Shown in pieces: positions 26,711 to 36,654 of a stretch of 41,190 nt of DNA; the stretch's first letter is position 1; each line of letters begins with the position of its first letter. Both the position numbers and the translations under genes were made by a program. The stretch comes from an uncultured Methanomicrobiaceae archaeon (GTDB taxonomy: Archaea > Halobacteriota > Methanomicrobia > Methanomicrobiales > Methanomicrobiaceae): positions 1 to 41,190 of the forward strand of contig CAZBGM010000003.1 of NCBI GenBank assembly GCA_964491505.1, given 5' to 3'. The notes below the pieces were generated by a model. The model was not told the DNA's origin. It did no database searches and was given only the letters and a program-made list of their open reading frames with translations.

Positions 26711-27511
26711 TTATTTTTTTAATTCTTTCTTCTGCTCTACCAGGTACTCAGCAAGATATTGCCAGATAGGCGCACTCATGCAGTGCCAATTCGGTGTCCC
26801 ATTAACTTCCAGCACCGTATAGGCACTTTCTGGTGTCGGCAAGAGGTCCACTCCACAGTAACTAATGTCAACAGCTTCTGCTGCCTGTTCTGCAATTGTT
26901 GCCATCGCTTCAGGTATGACTGAAAGCGCACGTCCTTCGCCCCCCTGATGAATATTGTGAGCAAAGGTATCTGAACATCGTTCAATGGCGCCTACTGCCG
27001 TACCGTCCAACACAAAAATCCGAAAATCCCGGTCGTTTTTTACATACTCCTGCAGATACCAGGGAGAAGGGCCAAGAGCATCAACTGAGATGAATGGAAA
27101 GATTCCGTTTCCATCATACCCATACAGAGGTTTGTAAACGGCAGTGCCGTGCCGGGAAAGAAACGCTTCAGCCTCAGAAAGCGAAGAGGTGAAAATAGTC
27201 TCAGGAGTTAGGACACCTGCTCTGATTAGGCATGCTGACGTCTGTGCCTTGCTTGCACACGTCGCAATGGCCTCCGGACTGTTTACGACCCGATTATTAA
27301 GAGAGAGACATTTCAGGGTTTCAAATTCAACCGGGTCCTGACGCATGCCACAGACCCAGATAAGTTCACCCTCCATCGGGGTATTGATAGGATCAATAGC
27401 CACAGGGTCCAGCAGTGTATAGGCTACTCCCATACGATCAAGTTCACGAAGCACCATATCTGTTGAATTGTCATCCGCGGTATCGGTCGGTTTTGGTCTG
27501 ATATATATCAT
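26711..27511 (-). CDS. ATP-grasp ligase, RimK/MptN/CofF family (alpha-L-glutamate ligase-like)
   Basis: 266 aa with an ATP-grasp pattern (KPLYGYDGNGIF, YLQEYV, DFRIFVLDG, GVDLL...VLEVNGTP). It sits downstream of the MJ0619-family gene, as MJ0620 (MptN) does in M. jannaschii. Substrate is not assignable. Confidence 0.7.
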   Translation of the reverse strand: MIYIRPKPTDTADDNSTDMVLRELDRMGVAYTLLDPVAIDPINTPMEGELIWVCGMRQDPVEFETLKCLSLNNRVVNSPEAIATCASKAQTSACLIRAGVLTPETIFTSSLSEAEAFLSRHGTAVYKPLYGYDGNGIFPFISVDALGPSPWYLQEYVKNDRDFRIFVLDGTAVGAIERCSDTFAHNIHQGGEGRALSVIPEAMATIAEQAAEAVDISYCGVDLLPTPESAYTVLEVNGTPNWHCMSAPIWQYLAEYLVEQKKELKK

Positions 27512-27636
27512 AACTCAAGCCTCAGTTGTGTTGCTATAACGTTTCAGAAAGATTACTGGTTATCAAAACGGGAAAAATATTTCCAAAGAGAATTCCGGAT
27601 AATCAAAAAGGAATAAAAATAAAAACCCGGGAAGTA

Positions 27637-29130
27637 TCAATCAAGATTTGCGATCTCTTCCTGATGATCCATGGGTTTTGAATACTTTTTCCAGACCTGC
27701 TCGCGGAAAACTGGTCCGGAGTTATAGGTGCAGAAAGGAATGATACGACCATCCGGTGTCGCATAGTGGATACAGCAGCGCTGAACACGCTGAACATCAT
27801 AATTGAAGTTGTCCATGAAGTGCATAGTACCAACAAAGAGAGCATTCCAATGGAATTCGGCCAGAGACTCAAAGTCCTGTTTGATCAGAGTATCCTTAAG
27901 AATCTTCCAGAGTGACGTGTTGAGTTCATTCTTGTTTTTAACTGACCTATTGATGTCACGAACCCCTTCGATCAGTGTCTTGTACTTGTTGATCGTCCCG
28001 CCCTTGCTTAGACGTTCTGACATTTCGTCTACGGCAGCAAAGAAAGCATCAACGTCCACAAGCTCATTGATGGGCTTCATACCTTTCTCAGTGACAAACC
28101 CATAGGTTGCTGCGCCACAGTGCTGGTGCACGGTAAAGGCGACTTGGGGTTCACCCGTATATGCCTCAGCCAGATGAGTAAGCGGCAGGACGCAAGGGAC
28201 CGGATAGAAGTATTTCTTTTTTAGTATTCCATCTGTCTGCTCTTCTATACGCTGGAGGAGATCGGGGATAGTAACCCGTTTCTGAGCAATCTGATCAGCC
28301 GACATAGCTCCGGTAAATGCCACTGGCTGAAAGTTCACACCACGGATGGTATCAACATTGTCTGCTGCATATTTGATAATGTTGCCAACATCATGATCAT
28401 TTACGCCATTGATGATTGTTGGCACAAGCATAATCCCAACACCAAATTCCCGACAGTTTGCAACGACTCGTTTACTGATATTAATAAGCCGGTTTGTCTC
28501 TTTGGTTGTGCCATCAAAATGAAGATATACCGTTGAAAGACCTGCATCTCTGAGCCCACAGACAAGATCCTTACTAGCAGCTAATTTTATGCCGTTTGTC
28601 GCAAGCTGTATCTGTGAAAATTCCAGATCATGGGCAGCCTGAACAATCTCAACCAAATCATCGCGCAGTGTTGGTTCTCCACCTGAGAACTGGATCGCAG
28701 GGCAAGGAACCGGCCGCTCATTTCGAAGCATTTTGAGCATATCAATGATTTCCTCAAAAGAGGGCTCGTAGATATAACCACAGGCACGGGCATTTGCAAA
28801 GCAAAATTCACAGTCCAGATTGCAGCGATTGGTCAGATCAATATTTCCAAGCAGTGTTGAAGACTTATGATTGTTACAGAGTCCGCAGGCATACGGGCAT
28901 TCGCTTTCATCAGCAAAACGCTGTGGATTTTCAACACCGCCACCGATTCCTTCAAACTCCTCGAACTGTTTAAACATCTCAGCATCTGACCAGTACAAAT
29001 ATTTTTGCGTCCCGTGTTCCGGACAGTTGCGGACGATCCAGATCGCACCATCTTCTTCGATAATGTCTGCAGGCAGAACCTTTCCACAGACAGGACAGAG
29101 ACTTTTTGTTGTTTTTATTATCATGGGCAT
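27637..29130 (-). CDS. radical SAM enzyme, MJ0619 / tetraether lipid synthase (Tes, GDGT-MAS) family
   Basis: 497 aa. N-terminal zinc-knuckle pair CPVCG...CPEHG. An extra Cys motif CPYACGLCNNH. Radical-SAM cluster CNLDCEFC. SGGEPTLR. Overall COG1964 architecture. Confidence 0.65.
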   Translation of the reverse strand: MPMIIKTTKSLCPVCGKVLPADIIEEDGAIWIVRNCPEHGTQKYLYWSDAEMFKQFEEFEGIGGGVENPQRFADESECPYACGLCNNHKSSTLLGNIDLTNRCNLDCEFCFANARACGYIYEPSFEEIIDMLKMLRNERPVPCPAIQFSGGEPTLRDDLVEIVQAAHDLEFSQIQLATNGIKLAASKDLVCGLRDAGLSTVYLHFDGTTKETNRLINISKRVVANCREFGVGIMLVPTIINGVNDHDVGNIIKYAADNVDTIRGVNFQPVAFTGAMSADQIAQKRVTIPDLLQRIEEQTDGILKKKYFYPVPCVLPLTHLAEAYTGEPQVAFTVHQHCGAATYGFVTEKGMKPINELVDVDAFFAAVDEMSERLSKGGTINKYKTLIEGVRDINRSVKNKNELNTSLWKILKDTLIKQDFESLAEFHWNALFVGTMHFMDNFNYDVQRVQRCCIHYATPDGRIIPFCTYNSGPVFREQVWKKYSKPMDHQEEIANLD

Positions 29131-29295
29131 TCACATATTGGTCAAATTTATGGGTCTATTCTTCAGGAAACATATTGATGTTTCTTAAAATATAAACGAC
29201 GTTCCGACATATAGACTTACCAATAGTGTATTTGTCCACCAGCTTAACCTTTTTTGTCTCATCTGACAATGTATATATACCGGATTTGAAAAATT

Positions 29296-29832
29296 ATGCT
29301 GGATATCATTATTATGTCCCTGTTTGTCGCGTTATGGATAATGGTGCCGGCCTATCTGCCCAATTCCATGGCAGCAGTTTTCGGCGGCGGCAGATCCATT
29401 GACGGCGGGAAGGTCTGGAGCGACGGGCGCCGCATCTTCGGTGATGGAAAAACCTGGCGGGGACTTCTCGGCGGTATTTTGTCAGGTGTTGCTATCGGCG
29501 GGGTCGAACTTCTTGTTCAGAACTATGTTGGATTCTCGATTCTAACCGGACTTTCAGTAATCCTTCTTGCCGTCGGGGCCCTTCTGGGCGATTTGGTAAA
29601 GAGTTTTTTTAAGAGAAGACTCAATAAAAAACGTGGGGAAGAATGGCTCATCGCTGATCAATATGATTTGGTAATTGGTGCCTTTGTATTACTCCTCATA
29701 TTTAATCTTTCATGGGTTGCAGCTACCATCACCCTCCCGGTCATAGTATGGATCCTAATCCTCACTCCCCTGCTTCACCGGGGCGCAAATATTATCGGCT
29801 ATCTAATCGGAGTAAAAGATGTACCATGGTAA
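29296..29832 (+). CDS. carS: CDP-archaeol synthase (CDP-2,3-bis-O-geranylgeranyl-sn-glycerol synthase)
   Basis: 178 aa polytopic membrane protein. DUF46/CarS motifs PAYLPNSMAAVFGGG and FGDGKTWRG. Confidence 0.85.
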   Translation: MLDIIIMSLFVALWIMVPAYLPNSMAAVFGGGRSIDGGKVWSDGRRIFGDGKTWRGLLGGILSGVAIGGVELLVQNYVGFSILTGLSVILLAVGALLGDLVKSFFKRRLNKKRGEEWLIADQYDLVIGAFVLLLIFNLSWVAATITLPVIVWILILTPLLHRGANIIGYLIGVKDVPW

Positions 29833-30350
29833 ATGAACTGGCAACGCTTCTTATTGAAAAAAAAGCAATTGAATTTGGAGAATTCACCCTCGCATCCGGG
29901 CAGAAGAGCACATATTATATTGATATCAAAACAGCCTCCATGCAACCGGATCTGTTAGGGCCGATTGCTCAGGAAATTGCCGAGCGGTTTTCCTTTGATG
30001 TGGTTGCAGGTGTTGCTGTTGGCGCAATTCCACTAGCTGTCGCGGTCTCTCTGGCAGCACAGAAACCCTGTGCTGTAATCAGAAAAGAAGAGAAAGAACA
30101 TGGGAAAACCAGCACCATTATCGGGAAAGTTGATGGAAAACGGGTGCTTTTGGTAGAAGATGTAACAACCTCCGGCGGCAGTGTGCGCTATGGTCTTGAA
30201 ACACTTCGCCATGCAGGTGCCAGAGTCGATGAAGTTGTAACCGTCGTTGATCGTGAACAGGGCGCCAAGGACCGTCTCGCAGAAGACCAGGTTGCATTGG
30301 TGCCACTGGTTTTAGTCTCTGAACTTCTGGACCGTGACCCAAGAGTCTGA
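29826..30350 (+). CDS. pyrE: orotate phosphoribosyltransferase
   Basis: Start trimmed to the ATG at 29826 (MVNELATLLIEKKAIEFGEFTLASG), overlapping the carS stop (ATGGTAA). PRPP-binding motif VLLVEDVTTSGGS. Confidence 0.9.
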   Translation: MVNELATLLIEKKAIEFGEFTLASGQKSTYYIDIKTASMQPDLLGPIAQEIAERFSFDVVAGVAVGAIPLAVAVSLAAQKPCAVIRKEEKEHGKTSTIIGKVDGKRVLLVEDVTTSGGSVRYGLETLRHAGARVDEVVTVVDREQGAKDRLAEDQVALVPLVLVSELLDRDPRV

Positions 30351-30386
30351 GATTTATTATTAGCTCTTTAAGGATAATTGATATAC

Positions 30387-31673
30387 ATGAGAGTTCTTGT
30401 CGTGGGTGGCGGTGGCCGGGAGCATGCGATAGCCCGTGCTCTTGCACAGAACGACGGGGTGACCATCTTCTCGGTGATGGCGAAGAAAAACCCCGGAATT
30501 GCTGCCCTCTCAGAAGTGGTCTGCATTGAAAAGGAAACAAATATCGACGCAGTCACTCTCTTTGCAACGACCTGTGATGCAGAGTATGCCTTCATTGGTC
30601 CGGAAGCTCCTCTTGAAGCCGGTCTGGTCGATGCTCTTGAGAGCCAGGGCGTTCGCTGTGCCGGACCCTGTAGGGAAGCAGCACTGATTGAAACAGATAA
30701 AGCGTTCTGCCGCCGCCTCATGGAAGAAGAAAATATTGCCGGGTGCCCGGTATATGCTGTCTTCCACGATGCTGAAGAAGCCTGTGGATTTATCGACACC
30801 TATGGCGGCGATCTGGCAATCAAGCCAATTGGCCTGACTGGCGGCAAGGGTGTGCGCATCATGGGCGAACACTTCGATGCTGAAGGAGCGAAGGAATACA
30901 TCCGGCAGATTAACGGTGATGTTGTTCTTGAAGAGCGCCTCTGTGGCGAAGAGTTTACGCTCCAGACATTTGTAGACGGCAACCAGCTTGTTCCCATGCC
31001 GCTGGTGCAGGATCATAAACGCGCCTATGAGGGAGATATCGGCCCCAACACTGGTGGAATGGGATCATATTCACTTCCCGATCACCGACTTCCCTTTGTA
31101 ACCAACGATGACTATGAGGCAGCACTTTCCATAATGCGAGCGGTGGTCGCTGCCCTCCGGAAGAAGGAAATCATATACAAAGGGATTCTCTACGGACAGT
31201 TTATGAACACTGCTACCGGCCCGATGGTCATTGAGTTTAATGCCCGTTTCGGCGATCCTGAAGCAATGAACGTACTCTCACTCTTTGACGGAGATTTTTC
31301 GGCTGTCATCAGAGGCATTGCCGATAGTGCACTCTCACCGGAATGTGTTTCCTTTGCACCGAAGGCCACAGTATGTAAATATCTTGTTCCTGAAGGTTAT
31401 CCTGATGCGCCACATGCCGGAGACCCCATTGCCATCAGCGCGGCAGGAGAGACCATTGTCTATTATGCAAATGTATTGGAGGAAGATGGTAAGCTCTTCA
31501 CTCAGACGTCCCGGACACTGGCCTTTGTCGGAAGTGGCAGGACCCTTGCTGAAGCTGAGGCATCGGCTGAAAAAGCGGCAGCTTCTGTTAAGGGAGCGGT
31601 GCGGTATCGCAAAGATATCGGAACTGAAGAAGTATTGGCACGCCGCATCAGCCACATGAAGGAGATCCGATGA
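30387..31673 (+). CDS. purD: phosphoribosylamine--glycine ligase
   Basis: Start trimmed from the TTG at 30378 to the ATG at 30387 ([14 protein letters not shown]). ATP-grasp PurD pattern runs throughout. Confidence 0.93.
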   Translation: MRVLVVGGGGREHAIARALAQNDGVTIFSVMAKKNPGIAALSEVVCIEKETNIDAVTLFATTCDAEYAFIGPEAPLEAGLVDALESQGVRCAGPCREAALIETDKAFCRRLMEEENIAGCPVYAVFHDAEEACGFIDTYGGDLAIKPIGLTGGKGVRIMGEHFDAEGAKEYIRQINGDVVLEERLCGEEFTLQTFVDGNQLVPMPLVQDHKRAYEGDIGPNTGGMGSYSLPDHRLPFVTNDDYEAALSIMRAVVAALRKKEIIYKGILYGQFMNTATGPMVIEFNARFGDPEAMNVLSLFDGDFSAVIRGIADSALSPECVSFAPKATVCKYLVPEGYPDAPHAGDPIAISAAGETIVYYANVLEEDGKLFTQTSRTLAFVGSGRTLAEAEASAEKAAASVKGAVRYRKDIGTEEVLARRISHMKEIR

Positions 31674-32587
31674 AACGGGATATCCTCTCACTCTTTGATC
31701 TCTCATCAGATGAGTTCGCGTGGGTGATTGACCAGGCCCTTGAACTAAAAGAGGAGCGAAAAACAGCACTCATGGCGCCGTACTGCGCCGGTCAGACACT
31801 GGGCATGATCTTTGAGAAGGCTTCCACGCGAACCCGCATTTCATTTGAAGTGGGTATGTATGAGCTTGGTGGCCACGCGATTTTTCTGACCCCACAGGAT
31901 ATGCAGCTTGGTCGGGGTGAGGAAATTCCTGACACTGCCCGCGTTCTCTCACGGTACCTCTCTGCGATCATGATTCGTTCCAACCATCATCAGACCATTG
32001 TTGACCTTGCCACCCACGCCTCCATTCCCGTGATAAACGGCCTCTCAGATCATGAGCACCCCTGCCAGATCCTTGCTGATGTGCTAACGATACGGGAACA
32101 TTTTGGAAAAACTGAAGGGTTGAGTGTCACATGGGTTGGCGATGGCAACAATGTATGCAACTCCCTGATTCTTGCCTCAGCATATGCCGGATTTGAACTG
32201 CATGTGGCAGTACCAAAAGGATATGAGCCCGATATGAAACTCGTGCAGCAGTCAAAGAGCGCGGGTGGCAAAATTGTGTTCTTCGATGACCCAAAGGAGG
32301 CTGCGTTCAATGCTGATGTTCTCTACACTGACACCTGGGTTTCAATGGGATCAGAAGATGAGACGGCCGCACGGAAGAAAATCTTTGCCGCCTACACGGT
32401 TAACGAAGAACTGGTCGCTGCAGCTAATAAAAAGGCTATTGTGATGCACTGCCTTCCAGCGCACCGTGGTGATGAAATTACGGACGGCGTCATGGATGGT
32501 ACACAGAGTGCTGTCTGGGATCAGGCAGAAAACAGGTTACATGCCCAGAAGGCGCTGTTGCTATTTCTTTTAAATAATAAATCTTAA
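31670..32587 (+). CDS. argF: ornithine carbamoyltransferase
   Basis: 305 aa. Carbamoyl-phosphate motif STRTR, HPCQ, and the ornithine-side motifs DTWVSMG and HCLPAHRG. The start overlaps the purD stop (ATGA). Confidence 0.9.
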   Translation: MKRDILSLFDLSSDEFAWVIDQALELKEERKTALMAPYCAGQTLGMIFEKASTRTRISFEVGMYELGGHAIFLTPQDMQLGRGEEIPDTARVLSRYLSAIMIRSNHHQTIVDLATHASIPVINGLSDHEHPCQILADVLTIREHFGKTEGLSVTWVGDGNNVCNSLILASAYAGFELHVAVPKGYEPDMKLVQQSKSAGGKIVFFDDPKEAAFNADVLYTDTWVSMGSEDETAARKKIFAAYTVNEELVAAANKKAIVMHCLPAHRGDEITDGVMDGTQSAVWDQAENRLHAQKALLLFLLNNKS

Positions 32588-32641
32588 CCAAATAGCTTCT
32601 GAAATACTACCGGATTCCGGCACCTCACCATGCCGAAAAAA

Positions 32642-32917
32642 TTATAATAATTTTGTAAAGTCAAGTACCAATGGCTCGCCAGTTCGGCGTGCTTTTTCAA
32701 TATGCCCAATCATTTCTTCCAAAAGTTCAGCTTCACTTCGTGACGTATGACCCTGTAACAGATGATCAAGACCCTGATGCTGATAAATTTTGTGCTGTAA
32801 ACGGATATCTTTGTGACCAACTACCGCTACGAAAGCATTGACCTTCTGGTCAAATGTAATTGAGATGATAGCATCAGCATTGACATAATTATCTTCAAGT
32901 GAACGAATCCAGACCAT
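32642..32917 (-). CDS. hypothetical small protein (91 aa, His-rich)
   Basis: ATG ORF with GGAG upstream. It is the last gene of the three-gene minus-strand cluster 34735 to 32642. No motif recognised. Confidence 0.5.
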   Translation of the reverse strand: MVWIRSLEDNYVNADAIISITFDQKVNAFVAVVGHKDIRLQHKIYQHQGLDHLLQGHTSRSEAELLEEMIGHIEKARRTGEPLVLDFTKLL

Positions 32918-32975
32918 CCGGGTCGTCTCCTAAAAATTTATTGAAATTAGTGAGGTTCTGTCAGTTGGACAATTA

Positions 32976-33236
32976 TTAGTCTTCGACATATTTCTCAAGC
33001 TCAGCCATCATATAATCATAGGCCTGCTCAACGATTTCCTTCTTGCCCCGGAATGCCAGGAGATCACGTTCATCGCCATCCATATTAGCAAACTGCATCC
33101 GTTCGCGGCGACTAACCACTTCGAAATTAAATTTTTCCTGAATATCATAGATTATTGATCGTGGGACACCCGGTGGAATAACCAGATCAAAGAGTTGGGT
33201 TTCGTTGGTATTTTCTTCCGCCACTATTTTCACCAT
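32976..33236 (-). CDS. hypothetical small acidic protein (86 aa)
   Basis: The ATG lies 11 nt downstream of the stop of the 495-aa gene. Acidic composition. No motif recognised. Confidence 0.55.
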   Translation of the reverse strand: MVKIVAEENTNETQLFDLVIPPGVPRSIIYDIQEKFNFEVVSRRERMQFANMDGDERDLLAFRGKKEIVEQAYDYMMAELEKYVED

Positions 33237-33247
33237 TCAGGTACCTT

Positions 33248-34735
33248 TTATTTTCCGATCTTTATACGTCTGCTCATAATACATGGGCCACCCCTTACCC
33301 CACCAATGGGTTCTTTAGGTTTTCCAAGTGACGACATGCACCGCCCCATCAGGGCAGCGCCCCGGGCCAGACCGTCATCGACAAAGACGACGTGACTGTT
33401 CGGGTCTTCAAAGAATCCGCGATCGGTTATTCCCTTAAGAATAATTTCAGGCTTTCTTCCGGATATGGCAGCCCGCCCGGTAAATCCAATTGATGAGCGG
33501 GGAGTCAAAAGGCCCGCTTCATACGTTACATCTATGAGTCGTAGTGCCATATTTGCACAGACGTGATCAATAACTTCAACCAGCACATCTTTGCCGTATT
33601 TGGTATAAATCTCATGACCAATCTTCTCAAGACTCTCTTCTTCGCTGTAATCCTCGCCGCAGTCACAACCAATCAGAGCAATGTTTGACTCCATAGCAAC
33701 GTCGGCACAGACGGGAACTTTGCCAAACGTTTTCCGATCCGGAGGAACAATCCTGATATCAATATACTGATGAATGAGATCTTCATATTCTTTGACAATT
33801 TTTGGCTTTTTTCGTGAAACGCCGCAGAGGACGCACTGTTCCCCAAAAATCTCGAGAGCAGTCCCAGTCTTCTTATCAACAAGCCCGGTTCCTCTGATGA
33901 GAGCATCGGGAATGGCGCCAGCAAGCCCACAAAAGTTACCAATCGTAAGAGCAAAGGGATATTCAGCTTTTTTATCGACATCACTTGTGATACGTCCGTC
34001 AAGCGTCGTTCCGAAATCGATGGAGATACAGGGGTTCCGGAAGTCTACGTTTGTCCATTTGGAACCTTCTTTAATTCCTGCCATTGCAAGTTCACCTTCC
34101 ATCTCATTTGCGACCATCTCAACACCTGATGAACCCATGGGCGGAGTGACTCCTGCTACCGTCCCACAAAAAGTAAGTCGGTCAGCAAAACTGAACTCCC
34201 GCAGTCGCTTTGGCAAACTATTGATGGTCATTGGAGAGATCATCTTTTTTGGAGGAACCCCGGCAAGCAGGCACCCGTCTGCCAGTGCCTTGACAAAATC
34301 TCCAATCTGATCGGGGGATTCCATCGCCGCGACGACACCGGTGGAGCGAACAACAAAGTCAAGATCCTTTTCTATTGAAAGATTTGCGTCCTTGTGGCAC
34401 TTTAATAGAGTATCACGAACCAGTTCTGTTACTGACTCACGGGTGATGGGCACACCGACCAGTGTCTCGCCAAAGACCTCCTCACCAGGTTTGGGCGGGC
34501 GTACATCCCGTGACATAAGCACTGTTTTATTAATGACGTAACTGCGCCCGGTCTCCATATTAGTACCTGTCAGAATACATTTCGTCGTGGTATTACCTAT
34601 TTCCACCGAGGCAACAATATAATAAGGTGTTGTCAAATATTCAGGTACCCGCATCCCTGCGCCCTGCCCAATTGATGGAGGAGGGGGACTTTTAACGATA
34701 TTTGGTTTGGGTTTGCCAAAATTGAAGAGTGACAT
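33248..34735 (-). CDS. ASKHA-fold (reactivase/EutA/MutL-like) protein; possibly methanogenesis marker 14
   Basis: 495 aa. A Pro-rich N-terminus is followed by a phosphate-1-like motif VASVEIGNTTTKC (residues 41-53). A second motif, ISIDFGTTLDG, lies at residues 237-247. The marker-14 name comes from memory of the family and is unverified. Confidence 0.6.
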   Translation of the reverse strand: MSLFNFGKPKPNIVKSPPPPSIGQGAGMRVPEYLTTPYYIVASVEIGNTTTKCILTGTNMETGRSYVINKTVLMSRDVRPPKPGEEVFGETLVGVPITRESVTELVRDTLLKCHKDANLSIEKDLDFVVRSTGVVAAMESPDQIGDFVKALADGCLLAGVPPKKMISPMTINSLPKRLREFSFADRLTFCGTVAGVTPPMGSSGVEMVANEMEGELAMAGIKEGSKWTNVDFRNPCISIDFGTTLDGRITSDVDKKAEYPFALTIGNFCGLAGAIPDALIRGTGLVDKKTGTALEIFGEQCVLCGVSRKKPKIVKEYEDLIHQYIDIRIVPPDRKTFGKVPVCADVAMESNIALIGCDCGEDYSEEESLEKIGHEIYTKYGKDVLVEVIDHVCANMALRLIDVTYEAGLLTPRSSIGFTGRAAISGRKPEIILKGITDRGFFEDPNSHVVFVDDGLARGAALMGRCMSSLGKPKEPIGGVRGGPCIMSRRIKIGK

Positions 34736-35088
34736 ATTATGTTTGATTCTTTCTTAGGTGAGATTATAGGTTTCTGTTTGTTTGTGAAAGAGACGTAACT
34801 AATGAGACATAATTGTCATCGAGGCAATCCATCAGGGAGGTAATTTTGAATCTGATAAACAAACATCCAAAAAACAGTACATTCAGATCAAAGGAGACGC
34901 TGGTCTTACCAATCTGATGGCAGACCCCTACTGGGAAGAGCTAAAGACAAAGTACGAAATGTAAAAACCATACGGTTTTACTCAATCTTTTTTTTATTTC
35001 CGGTTTAAGATAGTCATATCTGTAAAGATACTACCTGATAGAATGAAGCAAAAAAATGATTCCGTTGAAATCACTGAAGATGGATTTC

Positions 35089-36264
35089 TTATCGTTTCAA
35101 AAGGCGTGCCTGGAATCCGAAATATTTTGAGAATCCCACAGCATCGTTCTGATCAATCTCAGTGCTCTCAAAAGAGACCAACTCATTAGAGTACAGGGCA
35201 TCCGGCGACCGGCGACCGGCGACGGTAATCTTTCCTTTGTACAGAATACAGTCAACTTCACCATTCACCCGTTCCTGTGTTTTGTCAACAAAGGACGTCA
35301 GTGCCCAGAAGAGCGGTTCATCAATGAGACCGTAGTAGCCAAGTTCAGACCATTTTTCATCAACTGATGCCTTGAAAGCAAGTTCCTGACGTGAAAGAAC
35401 AAGGCGTTCGAGATCTTTATGGGCAGTTAAAAGGACCGTCGCTGCCGGATGTTCATAGATTTCACGTGCTTTCAGGCCAAGGATACGATCTTCAATCATA
35501 TCATTTCTACCCACACCGTGCCCTCCGGCAATCTTATTGAGCGTCCGGATTAGTTCGATCCCACTCATTCTCTTTCCGTTCAAAGCGACAGGAGCGCCTT
35601 GCTCAAAGGTGATGCAGATCTCCTCAGGGGTATCGGGAGCATCCTGCGCCGAAACAGTCCAGCCATAGATGTCGTTTTTTGGATGATAACCGGGATCTTC
35701 CAGCACGCTACCTTCAATCGACCGTGACCAGCAGTTTTCGTCGATGGAATATGGTTTGTCCTTAGCAACCCCGACGGGAATACCATGCTCTGCCGCATAT
35801 TCCATCTCCCACTCACGCGTGAGATTCATTTCACGCATCGGGGCAACGATCTCAAATCCTTCTTTGCGGAAGACAAAATCAAATCTAAGCTGATCATTTC
35901 CTTTTCCGGTGCATCCGTGAGCGATGGCCGACGCGCCTTCTTTTTTTGCTATCTCACAGATTGCCTCAGCAATCAGAGGGCGTGCCAGTGCTGTACCCAT
36001 TGGGTAGCCTTCATAGCTGCCATTGGCCTTAATCGATGGAATAATCTGTTCGTTGACAAAACGCTCAGTGACGTCAATCGTATAATGAGTGTCAGCAATA
36101 AGTTTCCCCTTCGCTGTCGCCGCTTCAATATCATCTGCTGGCTGACCGACGTCAACCGCAACTGTTACAACCTCATCATACCCATAGCGCTCTTTTAACA
36201 GCGGCACGCAGATAGATGTATCCAGCCCACCGGAGAAAGCGAGCACAATTTTACCGTTCCCCAT
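35089..36264 (-). CDS. argG: argininosuccinate synthase
   Basis: Start trimmed from the TTG at 36288 to the ATG at 36264, which is preceded by AGGAG. Motifs AFSGGLDTS (ATP PPi-loop) and GCTGKGNDQ. Confidence 0.93.
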   Translation of the reverse strand: MGNGKIVLAFSGGLDTSICVPLLKERYGYDEVVTVAVDVGQPADDIEAATAKGKLIADTHYTIDVTERFVNEQIIPSIKANGSYEGYPMGTALARPLIAEAICEIAKKEGASAIAHGCTGKGNDQLRFDFVFRKEGFEIVAPMREMNLTREWEMEYAAEHGIPVGVAKDKPYSIDENCWSRSIEGSVLEDPGYHPKNDIYGWTVSAQDAPDTPEEICITFEQGAPVALNGKRMSGIELIRTLNKIAGGHGVGRNDMIEDRILGLKAREIYEHPAATVLLTAHKDLERLVLSRQELAFKASVDEKWSELGYYGLIDEPLFWALTSFVDKTQERVNGEVDCILYKGKITVAGRRSPDALYSNELVSFESTEIDQNDAVGFSKYFGFQARLLKR

Positions 36265-36654
36265 AATTTCAGCTCCTTTATTGATCAAATCAATTGTCTA
36301 TACTGCTCTGTTTTGCGCAACAATAAAACCTGATGCCAATTCGATTACTTTCACACCGCACGGCCTAAGTTTTTATGTATAAATTCAGAGAATTAATTGT
36401 GCACCGGGGCAGAGACAGCGGGCACCTTAACGCTGAAAATAACATCTCCTCCGCGCCTCCTCCCCCGGCATCGCACAAGATTATCAGACTGATGTGGACC
36501 ATCTGGTTGTAGGGACCAAAAAAATGATCCGCATAACAATTCTCCCTGAAAGGAGCAAAACGTTCTTTCTTTTTACCAAGGTACAAAAACTAAAAAATAT
36601 AAACTTAAAACGAGAGTACCTCTTATTGAAAAAAAGGCAAAAACATCTTAAAAT

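Noticed and set aside
29254-29270. TTGTCTC-A-TCTGACAAT next to the carS TATA box, resembling the cdrS-upstream repeat unit.
   Set aside because: It is a single, interrupted copy. A 9-mer match is expected by chance at roughly this frequency in about 82 kb of two-strand sequence, so it is not claimed as a CdrS site.
29712-29825. N-terminal extensions in the ORF track. Examples: pyrE from 29712, dapB from 8802, purD from 30378, argG to 36288, the surface protein from 20303.
   Set aside because: The extensions overlap the preceding gene or start at TTG. They add residues that are not family-like. Internal ATGs with Shine-Dalgarno sequences and canonical N-termini are better supported.
22396-31016. 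Long antisense or alternate-frame ORFs inside hypE, pyrC, purD and other genes. Examples: 22396..22740, 24000..24443, 30368..30799, 30510..31016.
   Set aside because: Each lies wholly within a gene that has strong family motifs on the other strand or frame. Their Ser/Pro/Arg/Gly-rich composition is typical of shadow ORFs.
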